From: Acidobacteriota bacterium
GTDB taxonomy: Bacteria > Acidobacteriota > Polarisedimenticolia > SMYD01
Assembly: GCA_046757405.1 (NCBI GenBank)
Contig: JBHHYE010000008.1
Location: 1,944-65,943, forward strand
Length of the DNA stretch: 64,000 nt
Reading direction: 5' to 3'
Shown here: positions 29,944-39,838 of the stretch, in pieces
How the letters are laid out: each line of letters starts with the position of its first letter
How positions within the stretch are numbered: the stretch's first letter is position 1
Made by a program: the position numbers and the translations under genes
The notes under the pieces: model-generated
What the model was told of the DNA's origin: nothing
The model's database searches: none
Seen by the model: only the letters and a program-made list of their open reading frames with translations

Positions 29944-29972
29944 TTGACACCTCTTCTGGGCCGTGATATAAG
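29944..29972 (+). promoter_or_regulatory. Sigma70-type promoter for tRNA-Gln (TTGACA-N17-TATAAG)
   Basis: Perfect -35 hexamer TTGACA at 29944-29949, a 17-nt spacer, and -10 TATAAG at 29967-29972, ~47 nt upstream of the tRNA 5' end. Confidence 0.5.
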
Positions 29973-30018
29973 TCACCGCCCCGCGGAGCTCTTGAGAGGT
30001 CGAGGGAAGGGTTTCTCG

Positions 30019-30093
30019 TGGGGCGTCGACAAGTGGTAAGTCACCGGTCTTTGGAACCGGCCATCGGAGGTTCGAATCCTCCCGCCCCAGCCA
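30019..30093 (+). tRNA. tRNA-Gln (anticodon UUG), CCA encoded
   Basis: TGGGGCGTCGACAAGTGGTAAGTCACCGGTCTTTGGAACCGGCCATCGGAGGTTCGAATCCTCCCGCCCCAGCCA. Cloverleaf with 7-bp acceptor (TGGGGCG/CGCCCCA), anticodon stem CCGGT/ACCGG, loop CTTTGGA (anticodon TTG), T-arm GGAGG-TTCGAATC-CCTCC. Closely parallels E. coli tRNA-Gln. Confidence 0.9.
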
Positions 30094-30154
30094 GCCGCTT
30101 GTTTTTGGCCCATGAGCCGGGTTTCCGGCCGGCCGTATCGAGGATGACAAGGTC

Positions 30155-31105
30155 ATGTCACTGAGAGGCGCGCAGATCAAGATCTTCTCCGGCCAGGCTC
30201 ATCCGGATCTGGCCAGGGACATTCTCAACTACCTGGATTTGCCCATGGGCCGCGTGAACCTGGTCCGATTCCCGGACGGGGAGTCCTATTGCCAGTTTCA
30301 GGAGAATGTCCGGGGTGCCGATCTTTTCATCATCCAGCCGACCTGTTTTCCTGTCAACGAGAACCTGATGGAGCTGCTGCTGATGCTGGATGCAGCCAAG
30401 CGCGCTTCGGCGGAGCGGATCACGGCCGTGATGCCTTACTATGGGTATGCCCGCCAGGATCGCAAGGACAAGCCCAGGGTCCCCATCTCGTCCAAGCTGG
30501 TGGCCGATCTGCTCGCTGCGGCCGGCGCCAATCGCATCCTGGCCATGGACCTGCATGCTCCGGCCATCCAGGGGTTCTTCGATATCCCCGTGGATCACCT
30601 CTTCGCCTCCCCCGTTCTGGTGGAGGAGGTCCAGAAGATGAAGCTGAAGGACCTGTCTGTGGTGTCCCCTGATGCCGGCGGCGTGGAGCGGGCCCGCGCC
30701 TACGCCAAGCGTCTGGGTGCGGACCTTGTCATCGTGGATAAGCGCCGGGCGGGAGCCGCCACCAGCAAGGTGATGCACGTGATCGGCGAGGTCGAGGGCC
30801 GGACGTGCCTCATCGTGGACGATATCATTGCCACGGCGGGAACTCTGGTCGGAACCTCCCGGGCTCTCATCGAGAACGGCGCCGCCAGGGTCCTGGGATG
30901 CTTCTCGCACGCGGTCTTGGCCGGGCCGGCCATGGAACGTATCCGGGAGGCCAAACTGTCCGAGTTGATTGTGACCAACACCATTCCACTGGCCGAAGAA
31001 AAGGTGCAGGCGGCCCAGATCCATGTGGTGAACATCGCGTCATTGCTGGGTGAGGCGATCGTGCGGATCCACAACAATTCATCCGTTTCCAGCCTTTTCG
31101 TGTGA
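30155..31105 (+). CDS. prs: Ribose-phosphate pyrophosphokinase (PRPP synthetase)
   Basis: Full-length Prs: IKIFSGQAHPDLARDI...NLVRFPDGE, the PRPP-binding loop VDDIIATAGTL, and a 316-aa length. Confidence 0.95.
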   Translation: MSLRGAQIKIFSGQAHPDLARDILNYLDLPMGRVNLVRFPDGESYCQFQENVRGADLFIIQPTCFPVNENLMELLLMLDAAKRASAERITAVMPYYGYARQDRKDKPRVPISSKLVADLLAAAGANRILAMDLHAPAIQGFFDIPVDHLFASPVLVEEVQKMKLKDLSVVSPDAGGVERARAYAKRLGADLVIVDKRRAGAATSKVMHVIGEVEGRTCLIVDDIIATAGTLVGTSRALIENGAARVLGCFSHAVLAGPAMERIREAKLSELIVTNTIPLAEEKVQAAQIHVVNIASLLGEAIVRIHNNSSVSSLFV

Positions 31106-31136
31106 CCAGGGAAGAGACCCTTCCAGCGGAGGAGAG

Positions 31137-31838
31137 ATGGGCAGCGTTGTCATCGAGGTGGAGGAAAGAAGCGCGCGGGGGAAGAATGCATCGCGCCGCT
31201 TGCGCCGCAGTGGAAGAATTCCCGCGGTTCTCTATGGCTCCGGGAAACCGGTCCTCTCCGTGACCGTGGATCCGAAGGCCATCGAGGGTGTGCTGTACTC
31301 GGGAGCTGGCGAGAATGCCTTGATCGAGCTGCACCTCAAGGGCAAGAACCTGCAGCGTCAAGCCATGATCAAGGAGTATCAAACGGATCCCGTCTCGGGA
31401 GATGTCCTGCACGCTGATTTTGTCCGCATCGATCTGGACACGCGGGTGGAGGTCTCGGTGCCGGTGGCGGTCCGCGGCACGGCGCCCGGCGTGAAGGAGC
31501 AGGGGGGCCTGCTCGAGATGGTCCATCGGCAGCTGAAGATCCAGTGCCTCCCGGGCGATATTCCCGAGCATGTGGATGTCGATATCAGCACTCTTCGGAT
31601 CGGCGACCAGGTGCGAGTGCAGGACCTGAAGATGGGTGGAACCATCGTCCTGCAGGAAAAGCCCGACACGGTCGTGGTCACGGTGACGCCGCCCAGGCTG
31701 GCCGAGGAAGTGGAAACAGAGGCCGAGGCGGCTGAGGTGGCCGCTGAGCCGGAAGTCATCCTCAAGGGAAAGAAGGAGGACGCAGAGAAGGGCAAGGCAG
31801 AGGGGGAGGGCAAGGCAGAGGGAAAGGGCGCCAAGTAG
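31137..31838 (+). CDS. rplY: 50S ribosomal protein L25 / general stress protein Ctc (long form with acidic/lysine-rich C-terminal extension)
   Basis: ERSARGKNASRRLRRSGRIPAVLYG...; the conserved prs-ctc-pth order supports the call. Start at ATG 31137 (track ORF starts at 31050). Confidence 0.85.
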   Translation: MGSVVIEVEERSARGKNASRRLRRSGRIPAVLYGSGKPVLSVTVDPKAIEGVLYSGAGENALIELHLKGKNLQRQAMIKEYQTDPVSGDVLHADFVRIDLDTRVEVSVPVAVRGTAPGVKEQGGLLEMVHRQLKIQCLPGDIPEHVDVDISTLRIGDQVRVQDLKMGGTIVLQEKPDTVVVTVTPPRLAEEVETEAEAAEVAAEPEVILKGKKEDAEKGKAEGEGKAEGKGAK

Positions 31839-31877
31839 GTCCCCTTCCGGCGTTCTCCTGGTGATGCAGGGAGTTTC

Positions 31878-32468
31878 GTGTGGATCCTCCTGGGGCTCGG
31901 GAATCCCGGCTCGTCCTACGCAAACAACCGCCATAACATCGGTTTCTGGTGCGCCGATGAGCTCGCCCGGCGGGCCGGCGTCCGCTTGCGGCGGGCCGGA
32001 GAGCACGCGCGGGAGGCGGTCGGGCAGGTGGCCGGTGAACCCGTTGTGCTGGTCGAGCCGAGAACCTTCATGAACCGTTCCGGATTGGCCGCCCGCTGGG
32101 CGCTATCCTGGCATGGGATGTGTGTCCAGGACCTGATTGCCGTGCACGATGACGTGGATCTGCCGCTGGGAACCCTGCGCATCAAGCAAGGAGGTGGGCA
32201 TGGAGGGCATAACGGGCTGCGCTCCATCATCGATGAGCTGACAGCGGATTTCATCCGGGTCCGGCTGGGGATCGGTCGGCCTTCTTCCCGCCGGGAGGAT
32301 TTGGCGGAGTGGGTTCTGTCTGATTTCGACGCGGCTGAACATCAACACGGCCGCGAACTCGCCGTAAGAGGAGCCGACGCGGTGGAGACCATCTTGATCT
32401 CCGGCGTGACGGCCGCCATGAACCGATTCAACGCCTCCTCAGGACAGGAGCAAGTGAGGACCGACTAG
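31878..32468 (+). CDS. pth: Peptidyl-tRNA hydrolase
   Basis: GLGNPGSSYANNRHNIGFW...HGGHNGLRSI signature; GTG start. Confidence 0.9.
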   Translation: MWILLGLGNPGSSYANNRHNIGFWCADELARRAGVRLRRAGEHAREAVGQVAGEPVVLVEPRTFMNRSGLAARWALSWHGMCVQDLIAVHDDVDLPLGTLRIKQGGGHGGHNGLRSIIDELTADFIRVRLGIGRPSSRREDLAEWVLSDFDAAEHQHGRELAVRGADAVETILISGVTAAMNRFNASSGQEQVRTD

Positions 32469-34607
32469 ATGAGTACTCAAGAGCTGTTGATGAACCTGGT
32501 ACCCGTGCTTGGCGGAGTCGGCTTGGCCATCGCCGGCATCCTCTACATGGTGGTCCGGCGCGCCCCGGTGGGAACCGATCGCATGAGAGAGATCTCGGAC
32601 GCGATTCACCAGGGGGCCATGGTGTTCCTGCGCCGCGAATATACCATCCTCCTGGTCTTCATCTCGCTGGTGTTCGTGCTCCTGTCCGGAGCCGTGGGCA
32701 TGAAGACCGGCGTCGCCTTTCTCGCCGGAGCCATTTCTTCGATGCTGGCCGGCTTCATCGGCATGAAGGCGGCCACCCGCGCCAATGTCCGGACATCGGA
32801 AGCGGCTCGTTCCACAGGCCAGGCGATGGCTCTGGAAGTGGCGTTCACCGGCGGATCGGTCATGGGGCTTGCGGTGGCCAGCCTCGGCCTTCTCGGGGTC
32901 GGAGGGTTCTTTCTTCTCTACGGCCATCCGGACACCGCCAGCATCATCAACGGGTTTGCCATGGGGGCGTCCTCGATTGCTCTCTTCGCGCGGGTCGGGG
33001 GCGGCATCTACACCAAGGCGGCGGACGTGGGAGCCGATCTCGTCGGCAAGATCGAGGCCGGCATTCCCGAGGATGATCCGCGCAATCCCGGCGTCATTGC
33101 CGACAACGTGGGCGACAACGTGGGCGATGTGGCGGGTATGGGCGCGGATATCTTCGAGTCATATGTCGGTTCCATCGTCGCCACCATCGCCATCGGGGCG
33201 ACCCTTTTCGGCGGCGCACTCAAGCGTTTGCTGGACCCGGGCCGGGCCGACCTGGGGGATGCGGTGCTCAAGGAGGCGCTCATGGCCCTGCCCCTGCTTC
33301 TCGCCGCCATCGGGCTGCTGGCCTCCCTGGTGGGCATTGCCTCCATGCGCCTGCTCAAGAACATCAATCCGGCCGGGGCTCTGCGCTACGCAACGTTCAT
33401 CGCCGCGGGCCTGTTTCTGGCGGCATCGTGGGTGGTCATCGATCTTCAGCCCATATCCAATCGCATCTTCTGGGCCGTTTTCTGGGGAACCCTGGGCGGA
33501 GTGCTCATCGGCCTGTTCACCGAGTACTACACGTCCATGGCGCCCATCCGGCGCATTGCCCACGCTTCCCGCACCGGTCCCGCCACCAATATCATCAACG
33601 GGCTCGCGGTCGGTCTGGAGTCCACTGCCCTGCCCGTGCTCGCCATCTGTGCGGTCATCATGGTGGCGAACCATGTGGCCGGCCTTTACGGCATCGGCCT
33701 TGCCGCGGTCGGCATGCTGGCAACGGTGGGCATCACCATGAGTGTGGATGCCTACGGGCCTGTGGCCGACAACGCCGGTGGTATCGCGGAGATGGCCGGC
33801 CTGGGTCCCGATGTCCGCAGGATCACCGACGGTCTCGATGCGCTGGGCAACACCACCGCCGCCATGGGAAAGGGGTTCGCGATCGGGTCGGCTGCCTTGA
33901 CGGCGCTGGCCCTCTTCTCAGCCTATGCCCAGGCCGTGAACCTGGCCATTATCCACCGGCTGAAGACCCTGGGCGGCCAGGCTCCCGCCGGCCGCTACGT
34001 TGAGTACGCAGCCGCTGTCGCCCGCGGAGATGCGCCGCTTCAGGTGGTGATCACGAACCCACCGGTGGTCATTGGCCTCTTTCTCGGCGGCATCCTGCCG
34101 TTCTTGATCGCGGCGATGACCATGACGTCGGTGGGGCGCGCGGCAGGCCGCATGGTGGGGGAGATCCGGCGCCAGTTCCGGGAGATCCCCGGACTCCTGG
34201 CCGGTGAACCGGGAGTGTTCCCCGATTCAGCCCGGTGCGTGGAGATTTCCACGGCGGCGGCGCTGCGCGAAATGATTGTGCCCGGGCTGACAGCGGTCGC
34301 CTCGCCGGTGGCGGTCGGCTTTCTTCTGGGTCCCGAGGCGCTGGGGGGGATGCTGGCGGGCGCCACCCTGGCGGGCGTTCTTCTGGCGCTCATGATGGCC
34401 AATGCCGGTGGCGCCTGGGACAACGCCAAGAAAGCCATTGAAAAAGGCGAGATCAAGGGGGAGCAGAAGGGGAGCGAGGCCCATATGGCGGCCGTGGTGG
34501 GCGATACGGTGGGTGATCCCTTCAAGGACACTTCGGGCCCGTCCATGAATATTCTCATCAAGCTCATGTCCGTGGTCTCCCTGGTCATTGCTCCGCTCCT
34601 GGCCTAA
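32469..34607 (+). CDS. hppA: Membrane-bound H+(or Na+)-translocating pyrophosphatase, K+-dependent subtype
   Basis: 712 aa with ~16 TM segments. M-PPase motifs [26 protein letters not shown] and [15 protein letters not shown]; the Ala in GNTTAA marks the K+-dependent class. Confidence 0.9.
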   Translation: MSTQELLMNLVPVLGGVGLAIAGILYMVVRRAPVGTDRMREISDAIHQGAMVFLRREYTILLVFISLVFVLLSGAVGMKTGVAFLAGAISSMLAGFIGMKAATRANVRTSEAARSTGQAMALEVAFTGGSVMGLAVASLGLLGVGGFFLLYGHPDTASIINGFAMGASSIALFARVGGGIYTKAADVGADLVGKIEAGIPEDDPRNPGVIADNVGDNVGDVAGMGADIFESYVGSIVATIAIGATLFGGALKRLLDPGRADLGDAVLKEALMALPLLLAAIGLLASLVGIASMRLLKNINPAGALRYATFIAAGLFLAASWVVIDLQPISNRIFWAVFWGTLGGVLIGLFTEYYTSMAPIRRIAHASRTGPATNIINGLAVGLESTALPVLAICAVIMVANHVAGLYGIGLAAVGMLATVGITMSVDAYGPVADNAGGIAEMAGLGPDVRRITDGLDALGNTTAAMGKGFAIGSAALTALALFSAYAQAVNLAIIHRLKTLGGQAPAGRYVEYAAAVARGDAPLQVVITNPPVVIGLFLGGILPFLIAAMTMTSVGRAAGRMVGEIRRQFREIPGLLAGEPGVFPDSARCVEISTAAALREMIVPGLTAVASPVAVGFLLGPEALGGMLAGATLAGVLLALMMANAGGAWDNAKKAIEKGEIKGEQKGSEAHMAAVVGDTVGDPFKDTSGPSMNILIKLMSVVSLVIAPLLA

Positions 34608-34731
34608 GGGGGACACGGACCGCATGGACACCGCGCCGGGAGACCTGCTAAGATAAATGTTTCTCACACTCCTTGCTCCGTCCAAGGACGCCTTGCCCGA
34701 AGAGACGGGGTTTCAGCCAGAGGGAGATCGA

Positions 34732-35193
34732 ATGCGCCGTTACGAAACCATCTTCGTTGCTGATCCTGGCCTTCCCGACGAGGACGTCGAAGCTCTTCAT
34801 GGGGTCTTCGCGGATGCCATCACGGGCCGGAACGGAGCCGTGCTCAAGGTGGAGAACTGGGGCAAGAGGAAGCTGGCCTACGAGGTCCGCAAGCAAAGAG
34901 AGGGGCACTATTTGCTTCTCGAGTATTCCTGCCCTGATGCCTCACTCCCCCACGAGATTGAACGGCGCCTTCGCCTCCATGAGAAGGTGTTCAAGTTCCT
35001 CACGGTGCGCATCGACAACGACAAGAAGCGCCTGGCCTGGGAGGTCAAACAGGCGGAGAAAGAGAAGGAGCGCGCCGCGCGCCGCGAGGCGGAAAGGCAT
35101 CTCGAGGACAGGAAACCCTCCCCGGGCGCCGCACCCGCCGCCCCGGTGCCGGCCGCGCCGCCGTCCCATCCTGTGGAGGAGGTCGAGACATGA
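34732..35193 (+). CDS. rpsF: 30S ribosomal protein S6
   Basis: [14 protein letters not shown]...[11 protein letters not shown], plus a Pro/Ala-rich C-terminal tail. Confidence 0.9.
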   Translation: MRRYETIFVADPGLPDEDVEALHGVFADAITGRNGAVLKVENWGKRKLAYEVRKQREGHYLLLEYSCPDASLPHEIERRLRLHEKVFKFLTVRIDNDKKRLAWEVKQAEKEKERAARREAERHLEDRKPSPGAAPAAPVPAAPPSHPVEEVET

Positions 35194-35453
35194 AGAGATC
35201 TCCCGCGGCCAAGAAGCGCAAGTCCTCGCGGAGCAAGCTGCTATTCAAGCGCCGGAAGTTCTGCAAGTTCTGTGATGACAAGGTTTCCTGGATTGATTAC
35301 CGAGAGCCTCGCTTGCTGAATAACTACATTCCCGAGCGGGCCAAGATCCAGCCGCGGCGCACCTCGGGCACCTGTGCAACTCACCAGCGCCAGTTGCGTC
35401 AGGCCATCCAGCGGGCTCGGAATATCGCGCTCCTTCCGTTCACGATGGAATGA
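35190..35453 (+). CDS. rpsR: 30S ribosomal protein S18
   Basis: KRRKFCKFC...[42 protein letters not shown]. Its start overlaps the rpsF stop (ATGA). Confidence 0.9.
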   Translation: MKRSPAAKKRKSSRSKLLFKRRKFCKFCDDKVSWIDYREPRLLNNYIPERAKIQPRRTSGTCATHQRQLRQAIQRARNIALLPFTME

Positions 35454-35475
35454 CGGGGCAGCCGGGAGAGCGAGC

Positions 35476-35925
35476 ATGAGAATCCTGCTCAAGGAGACCG
35501 TGGACAACCTGGGGAAGGCAGGCGAGCTGGTCGAGGTGGCGAACGGCTACGCGCGCAATTTCTTGCTTCCCAAGGGGCTGGCATTGACGGCCACGCCGGG
35601 CAACCTGAAAAATTTCGAGGCCTGGCGCAAACGCCGTGAGGTGCTCAAGCTCAAGGAGAAAGAAGCTGCTGAGGCCCTGGCCCAGAAGATGACCCGGATA
35701 CCTTTGCAACTGGCCCACAGGGCCGGTGATACAGAGACTATCTATGGGGCGGTCACGTCCGCCGAGATTGCCTATGCTCTGGAGGAGAAGGGGATCGAGA
35801 TCGACCGCCGTTGCATCCGCCTGGAAAACCCCATCAAGTCTCTCGGGACCTATCACGTTGCCGTCAAGCTGCACCCGGAAGTGACGGCCCAGTTGACGGT
35901 CGACGTGATCAGGGAAGAAGTCTGA
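35476..35925 (+). CDS. rplI: 50S ribosomal protein L9
   Basis: MRILLKETVDNLGKAGELVEVANGYARNFLLPKGLA; 149 aa. No ssb gene lies between rpsF and rpsR. Confidence 0.9.
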   Translation: MRILLKETVDNLGKAGELVEVANGYARNFLLPKGLALTATPGNLKNFEAWRKRREVLKLKEKEAAEALAQKMTRIPLQLAHRAGDTETIYGAVTSAEIAYALEEKGIEIDRRCIRLENPIKSLGTYHVAVKLHPEVTAQLTVDVIREEV

Positions 35926-35929
35926 GGAC

Positions 35930-36478
35930 ATGGCGGCGCCTGCTTCCGCCCGGTCAGAGCCCGGCCATCGATTGAGCCCGGCCGAGACCAGGGCGCCCTT
36001 CATTCCCTGCTTCATCGCCTGGCTGGTGCCCGGGGCGGGCCATCTGATGCTGGGCCGCGTGACCCAGGCTCTTGTCTTTGCCGCGGTCGTCGGCTTGACC
36101 TTCTTCACCGGTCTGGCTCTTGAAGGGACGGTTTACGCGTTTGATCGAGAGCAGCCGCTGTCCTATCTGGCGACCCTGGCTGACCTGGGGGTGGGGCCTC
36201 TGGATCTTTGGGCCCGGGCGGATACCTACGGTTCCCTGCGCTTCCGGGTGCCGGATTCCCAGGTCGATCCCGTCACCCGGGCCAAGATTCTCCGCCGGCT
36301 CCGGCAGCGGGTCAGCGCTCAGACTCACACCTATGGACGGACCTTTCTCCTGACGGCGGGTCTCATGAACCTCCTCCTGGTCCTCGATGTCTACGATTAC
36401 TGCATCGGGCGGAAGGGCGCGCTTCTCCGCCCCGAAGCCGGTCCCCAGGATACCGCCCCGGCCCAGGGCGGAGGGTAG
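35930..36478 (+). CDS. Hypothetical integral membrane protein
   Basis: 182-aa ORF with about three TM helices (FIPCFIAWLVPGAGHLMLG...). It follows rplI on the same strand with a 4-nt gap. Confidence 0.5.
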   Translation: MAAPASARSEPGHRLSPAETRAPFIPCFIAWLVPGAGHLMLGRVTQALVFAAVVGLTFFTGLALEGTVYAFDREQPLSYLATLADLGVGPLDLWARADTYGSLRFRVPDSQVDPVTRAKILRRLRQRVSAQTHTYGRTFLLTAGLMNLLLVLDVYDYCIGRKGALLRPEAGPQDTAPAQGGG

Positions 36479-36482
36479 GGGC

Positions 36483-36665
36483 GTGAGTCACCTTCTCTTG
36501 ATGGGGCTGCATGCCCTGCTGGTGGGGGTCTTTTTTGCCTTTCTCACCCAGACCCGTCCGGCCAGGCGATGGAAGGTTTTTCTGTTCATCTTCTGTGGAA
36601 TGTTGCTGGGCGCCCTGGCCCTGGCCTGGTTCATGTATCCGTACCCGGTCCAGGGTGCGCCCTGA
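36483..36665 (+). CDS. Small hypothetical membrane protein (2 TM)
   Basis: GTG 36483 (or ATG 36501) gives ~54-60 aa: LLMGLHALLVGVFFAFL...VFLFIFCGMLLGALALAWFM. It is tightly packed between neighbouring genes. Confidence 0.35.
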   Translation: MSHLLLMGLHALLVGVFFAFLTQTRPARRWKVFLFIFCGMLLGALALAWFMYPYPVQGAP

Positions 36666-36667
36666 CC

Positions 36668-37312
36668 ATGCGCTGGATCAAGCTGTGGGCGCCGGTGGCC
36701 GGCATCGCTCTCTTCATGGTTCTGCTCTCCCACATGTCCCACCCCCCCAGACCATCGGGGGTGGCGGACTGGCTCCTGCACGGGCTGGAATACGCCGCCC
36801 TGGGATTCGCACTCCTCCGGGCCCTCGGTGGAGGGCTTCGGCTGCGGGTCCCGTGGAAGATCCTTCCCTGGGCACTGGCGCTGGGGATCCTGTTCGGAGC
36901 CCTGGATGAATTCCATCAGTCGTTTATCCCCTTCCGGCAGGCCGATCTCAAGGATCTGGCCGCCGACGCGGCAGGCACTTTGGCGGGGGCCGTGATTGCG
37001 GTTTTCGTTTCCGGCTCGCTCGCCGGCGCGCGAACCGAATCACGCGCGGCGGCGCCGGCCCTCTCCCTCACGCTGGTCACCGGGCCGGGATGCCCTCTCT
37101 GTGAAGAAGCCCGTGTGATCCTGGAACGGATCAGACAGCGCATCTCCCTGTGCCTGGAGGAACGTTCCATTGCTGACGAACCCGAGCTCATGTCGCTGTA
37201 TGGAGAACAAATCCCGGTCGTACTGGTGAATGGCCGCCGTGTCGCAAACGGACGGGTCGACGAAGGCAGGCTGGTGGCCAGTTTGAAGTCCCGTGTGGGA
37301 CGGCCGGCATGA
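36668..37312 (+). CDS. VanZ-like membrane domain fused to C-terminal glutaredoxin-like (CxxC thioredoxin-fold) domain
   Basis: VanZ-like TM helices with LDEFHQSFIPFRQADLKDLAADAAGTLAG, then GCPLCEEARVILE...EQIPVVLVNGRRV, a Grx/DUF836-like CPxC motif. Start at ATG 36668. Confidence 0.6.
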   Translation: MRWIKLWAPVAGIALFMVLLSHMSHPPRPSGVADWLLHGLEYAALGFALLRALGGGLRLRVPWKILPWALALGILFGALDEFHQSFIPFRQADLKDLAADAAGTLAGAVIAVFVSGSLAGARTESRAAAPALSLTLVTGPGCPLCEEARVILERIRQRISLCLEERSIADEPELMSLYGEQIPVVLVNGRRVANGRVDEGRLVASLKSRVGRPA

Positions 37313-38367
37313 CCCGGGCCTTGAGAATCGCCGTCGTGGCCGGTGACGGCATCGGTCCGGAGGTCACCCGTGTTGCGCTCAGGGTGTTGCAGCAGGTGTC
37401 CGCCTCCAGCGGCCGGGAGATTCAGTTCCAGGAATTTCCGTTCGGCGCAGATCATTATTTGCGCACCGGAGTGACTCTGCCCCCGGAGACGCTGGAGGAA
37501 TGGAAGGGGTTCGATGCGATCTTCATGGGGGCATTCGGCGACCCACGTGTTCCGGATATGCGGCACGCTGCCGATATTCTGCTCGGGACCCGCTTTCAGC
37601 TCGACCTGTACGCAAATGTCAGACCTGTGCGCTGCCTGGATGACCGCCTTTGCCCCCTGAAGGGGAAGACCTCCGGCGATGTGGATATGGTGGTGTTCCG
37701 GGAGAACACCGAAGGCCTCTATGTGGGCATGGGCGGGAACTTCAAGAAGGGGTCGGCCGATGAAATCGCCATCCAGGAGGACCTGAACACCCGCAAGGGT
37801 GTGGAGCGAATCATTCGGAAGGCCTTCGATCATGCCGTGGCTCACCAGAAGTCCAAGGTCGTCATGTCGGACAAGGCCAATGTTCTCACCTATGGCCACG
37901 ATCTCTGGCAGCGGGTTTTCAGGGACGTGGGCGCCCAGTATCCGGGAATCGAAGCCTCACACCTCTACGTGGATGTTCTGGCCATGCAGATGCTGCGCCG
38001 GCCCGAAGCTTTCCAGGTGATTGTCACCTGCAACATGTTCGGAGACATTGTCACGGACCTCGGCGCGGCGCTCCAGGGCGGCCTGGGCATGGCGGCCAGC
38101 GGCAACATTCATCCCGGACAGATATCCATGTTCGAGCCGGTTCACGGCTCGGCGCCCAAGTATGCGGGCGAGGATGTGGCGAATCCCATGGGAGCTGTCC
38201 TCACGGCGGCGCTGATGGTGGAACACCTGGGCGAGGAGACGATGGCGGCGCACATCGAGAGAGCCGTGAAGAAGTGCATTCAGTCGGGCCGCACCACCCG
38301 GGATCTGGGCGGCGTCCTGGGAACGCGCGCGGTGGGCGAGGCGATCTGTTCGGCCCTGGAGGATTAG
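37309..38367 (+). CDS. Isocitrate/isopropylmalate dehydrogenase family protein (tartrate-dehydrogenase-like / LeuB-like)
   Basis: GDGIGPEV, VVFRENTEGLY and SMFEPVHGSAPKYAGEDVANPMGA, the beta-decarboxylating dehydrogenase signature. 352 aa. Confidence 0.8.
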   Translation: MTRALRIAVVAGDGIGPEVTRVALRVLQQVSASSGREIQFQEFPFGADHYLRTGVTLPPETLEEWKGFDAIFMGAFGDPRVPDMRHAADILLGTRFQLDLYANVRPVRCLDDRLCPLKGKTSGDVDMVVFRENTEGLYVGMGGNFKKGSADEIAIQEDLNTRKGVERIIRKAFDHAVAHQKSKVVMSDKANVLTYGHDLWQRVFRDVGAQYPGIEASHLYVDVLAMQMLRRPEAFQVIVTCNMFGDIVTDLGAALQGGLGMAASGNIHPGQISMFEPVHGSAPKYAGEDVANPMGAVLTAALMVEHLGEETMAAHIERAVKKCIQSGRTTRDLGGVLGTRAVGEAICSALED

Positions 38368-38765
38368 CCTTTTTTCGGCGCCAGCGCGCGCACGGAAACG
38401 GCGACTCCGGTTTCCGAATTCACCGTGACCTTGACGGTCATGCCCGCCTTGAGGGAGGAGACCAGGTCCAGGCCGCCCTTCTGCTTTTTCACCCGGATCT
38501 TGGTTTTCGGGCTGAGGTTGACCTTGACCTTCTTCTCCGTCTTGGACTCGCTCAGGTAGAGGATCTTTTCTTCGGCGTCTGCACGGACGACCGTTCCGAT
38601 CACGGTCTTGAAGGCGGATGCATGCTCTGAAACCGTGCTGTGGGGGTTGGCCCTGTCCTTAGAATGGTCCGTTCCGTAGTCGCGCATCTGAGCCGGGGCC
38701 AGCGTGGCCACGGGGAGGAGGACGACACTCAGAAAGGCGAGGCGGCTCAGGAGGGGCGTTTTCAT
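38364..38765 (-). CDS. Hypothetical secreted Lys-rich protein
   Basis: Signal peptide MKTPLLSRLAFLSVVLLPVATLAPA followed by a lysine-rich ~105-aa domain. No known domain. Confidence 0.5.
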   Translation of the reverse strand: MKTPLLSRLAFLSVVLLPVATLAPAQMRDYGTDHSKDRANPHSTVSEHASAFKTVIGTVVRADAEEKILYLSESKTEKKVKVNLSPKTKIRVKKQKGGLDLVSSLKAGMTVKVTVNSETGVAVSVRALAPKKG

Positions 38766-38905
38766 GGAAGCTCCTTTCTCAGGGACACGATAAGCACTCC
38801 AGATGTTAGCATCTCCTATCCGGGCGGACTGGACGGAAGGGAATGTCCGGCCGGCCTGGAAGCGTTGAAGGGATCCATGGTGGACCTGATGTCGGGTGCC
38901 TGGTC

Positions 38906-39838
38906 ATGAGAGAGAAGAGATGGCTGGGTGTCGCCTTGGGTGCGGCGGTGTTGCTGGGCGCGCTGCTGGGCGCTGCGCCTCCCCGGCAGACGGAGCGCCA
39001 TCGCCACCCGCCCCTCGAGTGGCGGGTGGCGGAAGGCGTGGAGGGCCTCGAGCCGGCCGCGCCGGTGCGGGTGCTGGTGGCCGACAGCATTCCGATCAGT
39101 GCCGTGAACGAGAGGTACGGCTTGGTGCAATCGGTGGTGTACCTGTATCACCACCGGCAGCCCGGCGCCGACCGGATCGATGGGGTGGCGCAGCGCTCCG
39201 GCTTGACGTTGACGCGGGCCGGGCCGGAGACCCAGGATCCGGTTCTTTCCGGCGAGATGCGCGTGAGCCTGGAGATCCCGGGAATGGAAGACGACGACTA
39301 TGCGGTGGGCATCTTTCTGGGGCGTCCCGTGAAGGTCAACGGCGTGCCCGAGACCCGGGTGGACGGCGTGGAGTCCGACACCATCCAGCCCGGGGCTTTG
39401 CGGGTGGACCAGGATGATCTCGAAGATCGGAGGAGGTGGGCCCCCGACACGCTCATTCTTCCCGGTCAAGAACGGATCGTCTGGGAGGGCACCTTGCCTC
39501 TCCGCGTGGACCGCATTTACGCGGATTACCTGGCCATCCGGGCCGGGAGCCGGAACGGTTCGTCCGCGCCCGAGCGGAGGGGTGTCCGCCTGGACACACC
39601 GGAAGGCGGAATCCTGGACATCCCTCCCACCTTGACGCCGAAGAGCGGCCTCGAGAGACTGGTCAGCACGGGTGTCGCGGTGGTGCGCCCGGAGGGTGCC
39701 CGGCTCCGCTCCATCAAGCTTCTCCAGGGCCATCTCAATCTGATCCGGATCGAGGCGGCCTTGGATGCCACCGGCGGGTACGGGATCGAGGTGACTCTGG
39801 AAACCGAGCCCCTGCCGCCGCCGGGAGAAGGACTCTAG
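38906..39838 (+). CDS. Hypothetical secreted protein
   Basis: Signal peptide MREKRWLGVALGAAVLLGALLGAAPP; balanced composition rich in D/E/V/L. Preferred over the antisense Arg/His/Pro-rich 400-aa ORF at 38816-40018. Confidence 0.5.
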   Translation: MREKRWLGVALGAAVLLGALLGAAPPRQTERHRHPPLEWRVAEGVEGLEPAAPVRVLVADSIPISAVNERYGLVQSVVYLYHHRQPGADRIDGVAQRSGLTLTRAGPETQDPVLSGEMRVSLEIPGMEDDDYAVGIFLGRPVKVNGVPETRVDGVESDTIQPGALRVDQDDLEDRRRWAPDTLILPGQERIVWEGTLPLRVDRIYADYLAIRAGSRNGSSAPERRGVRLDTPEGGILDIPPTLTPKSGLERLVSTGVAVVRPEGARLRSIKLLQGHLNLIRIEAALDATGGYGIEVTLETEPLPPPGEGL

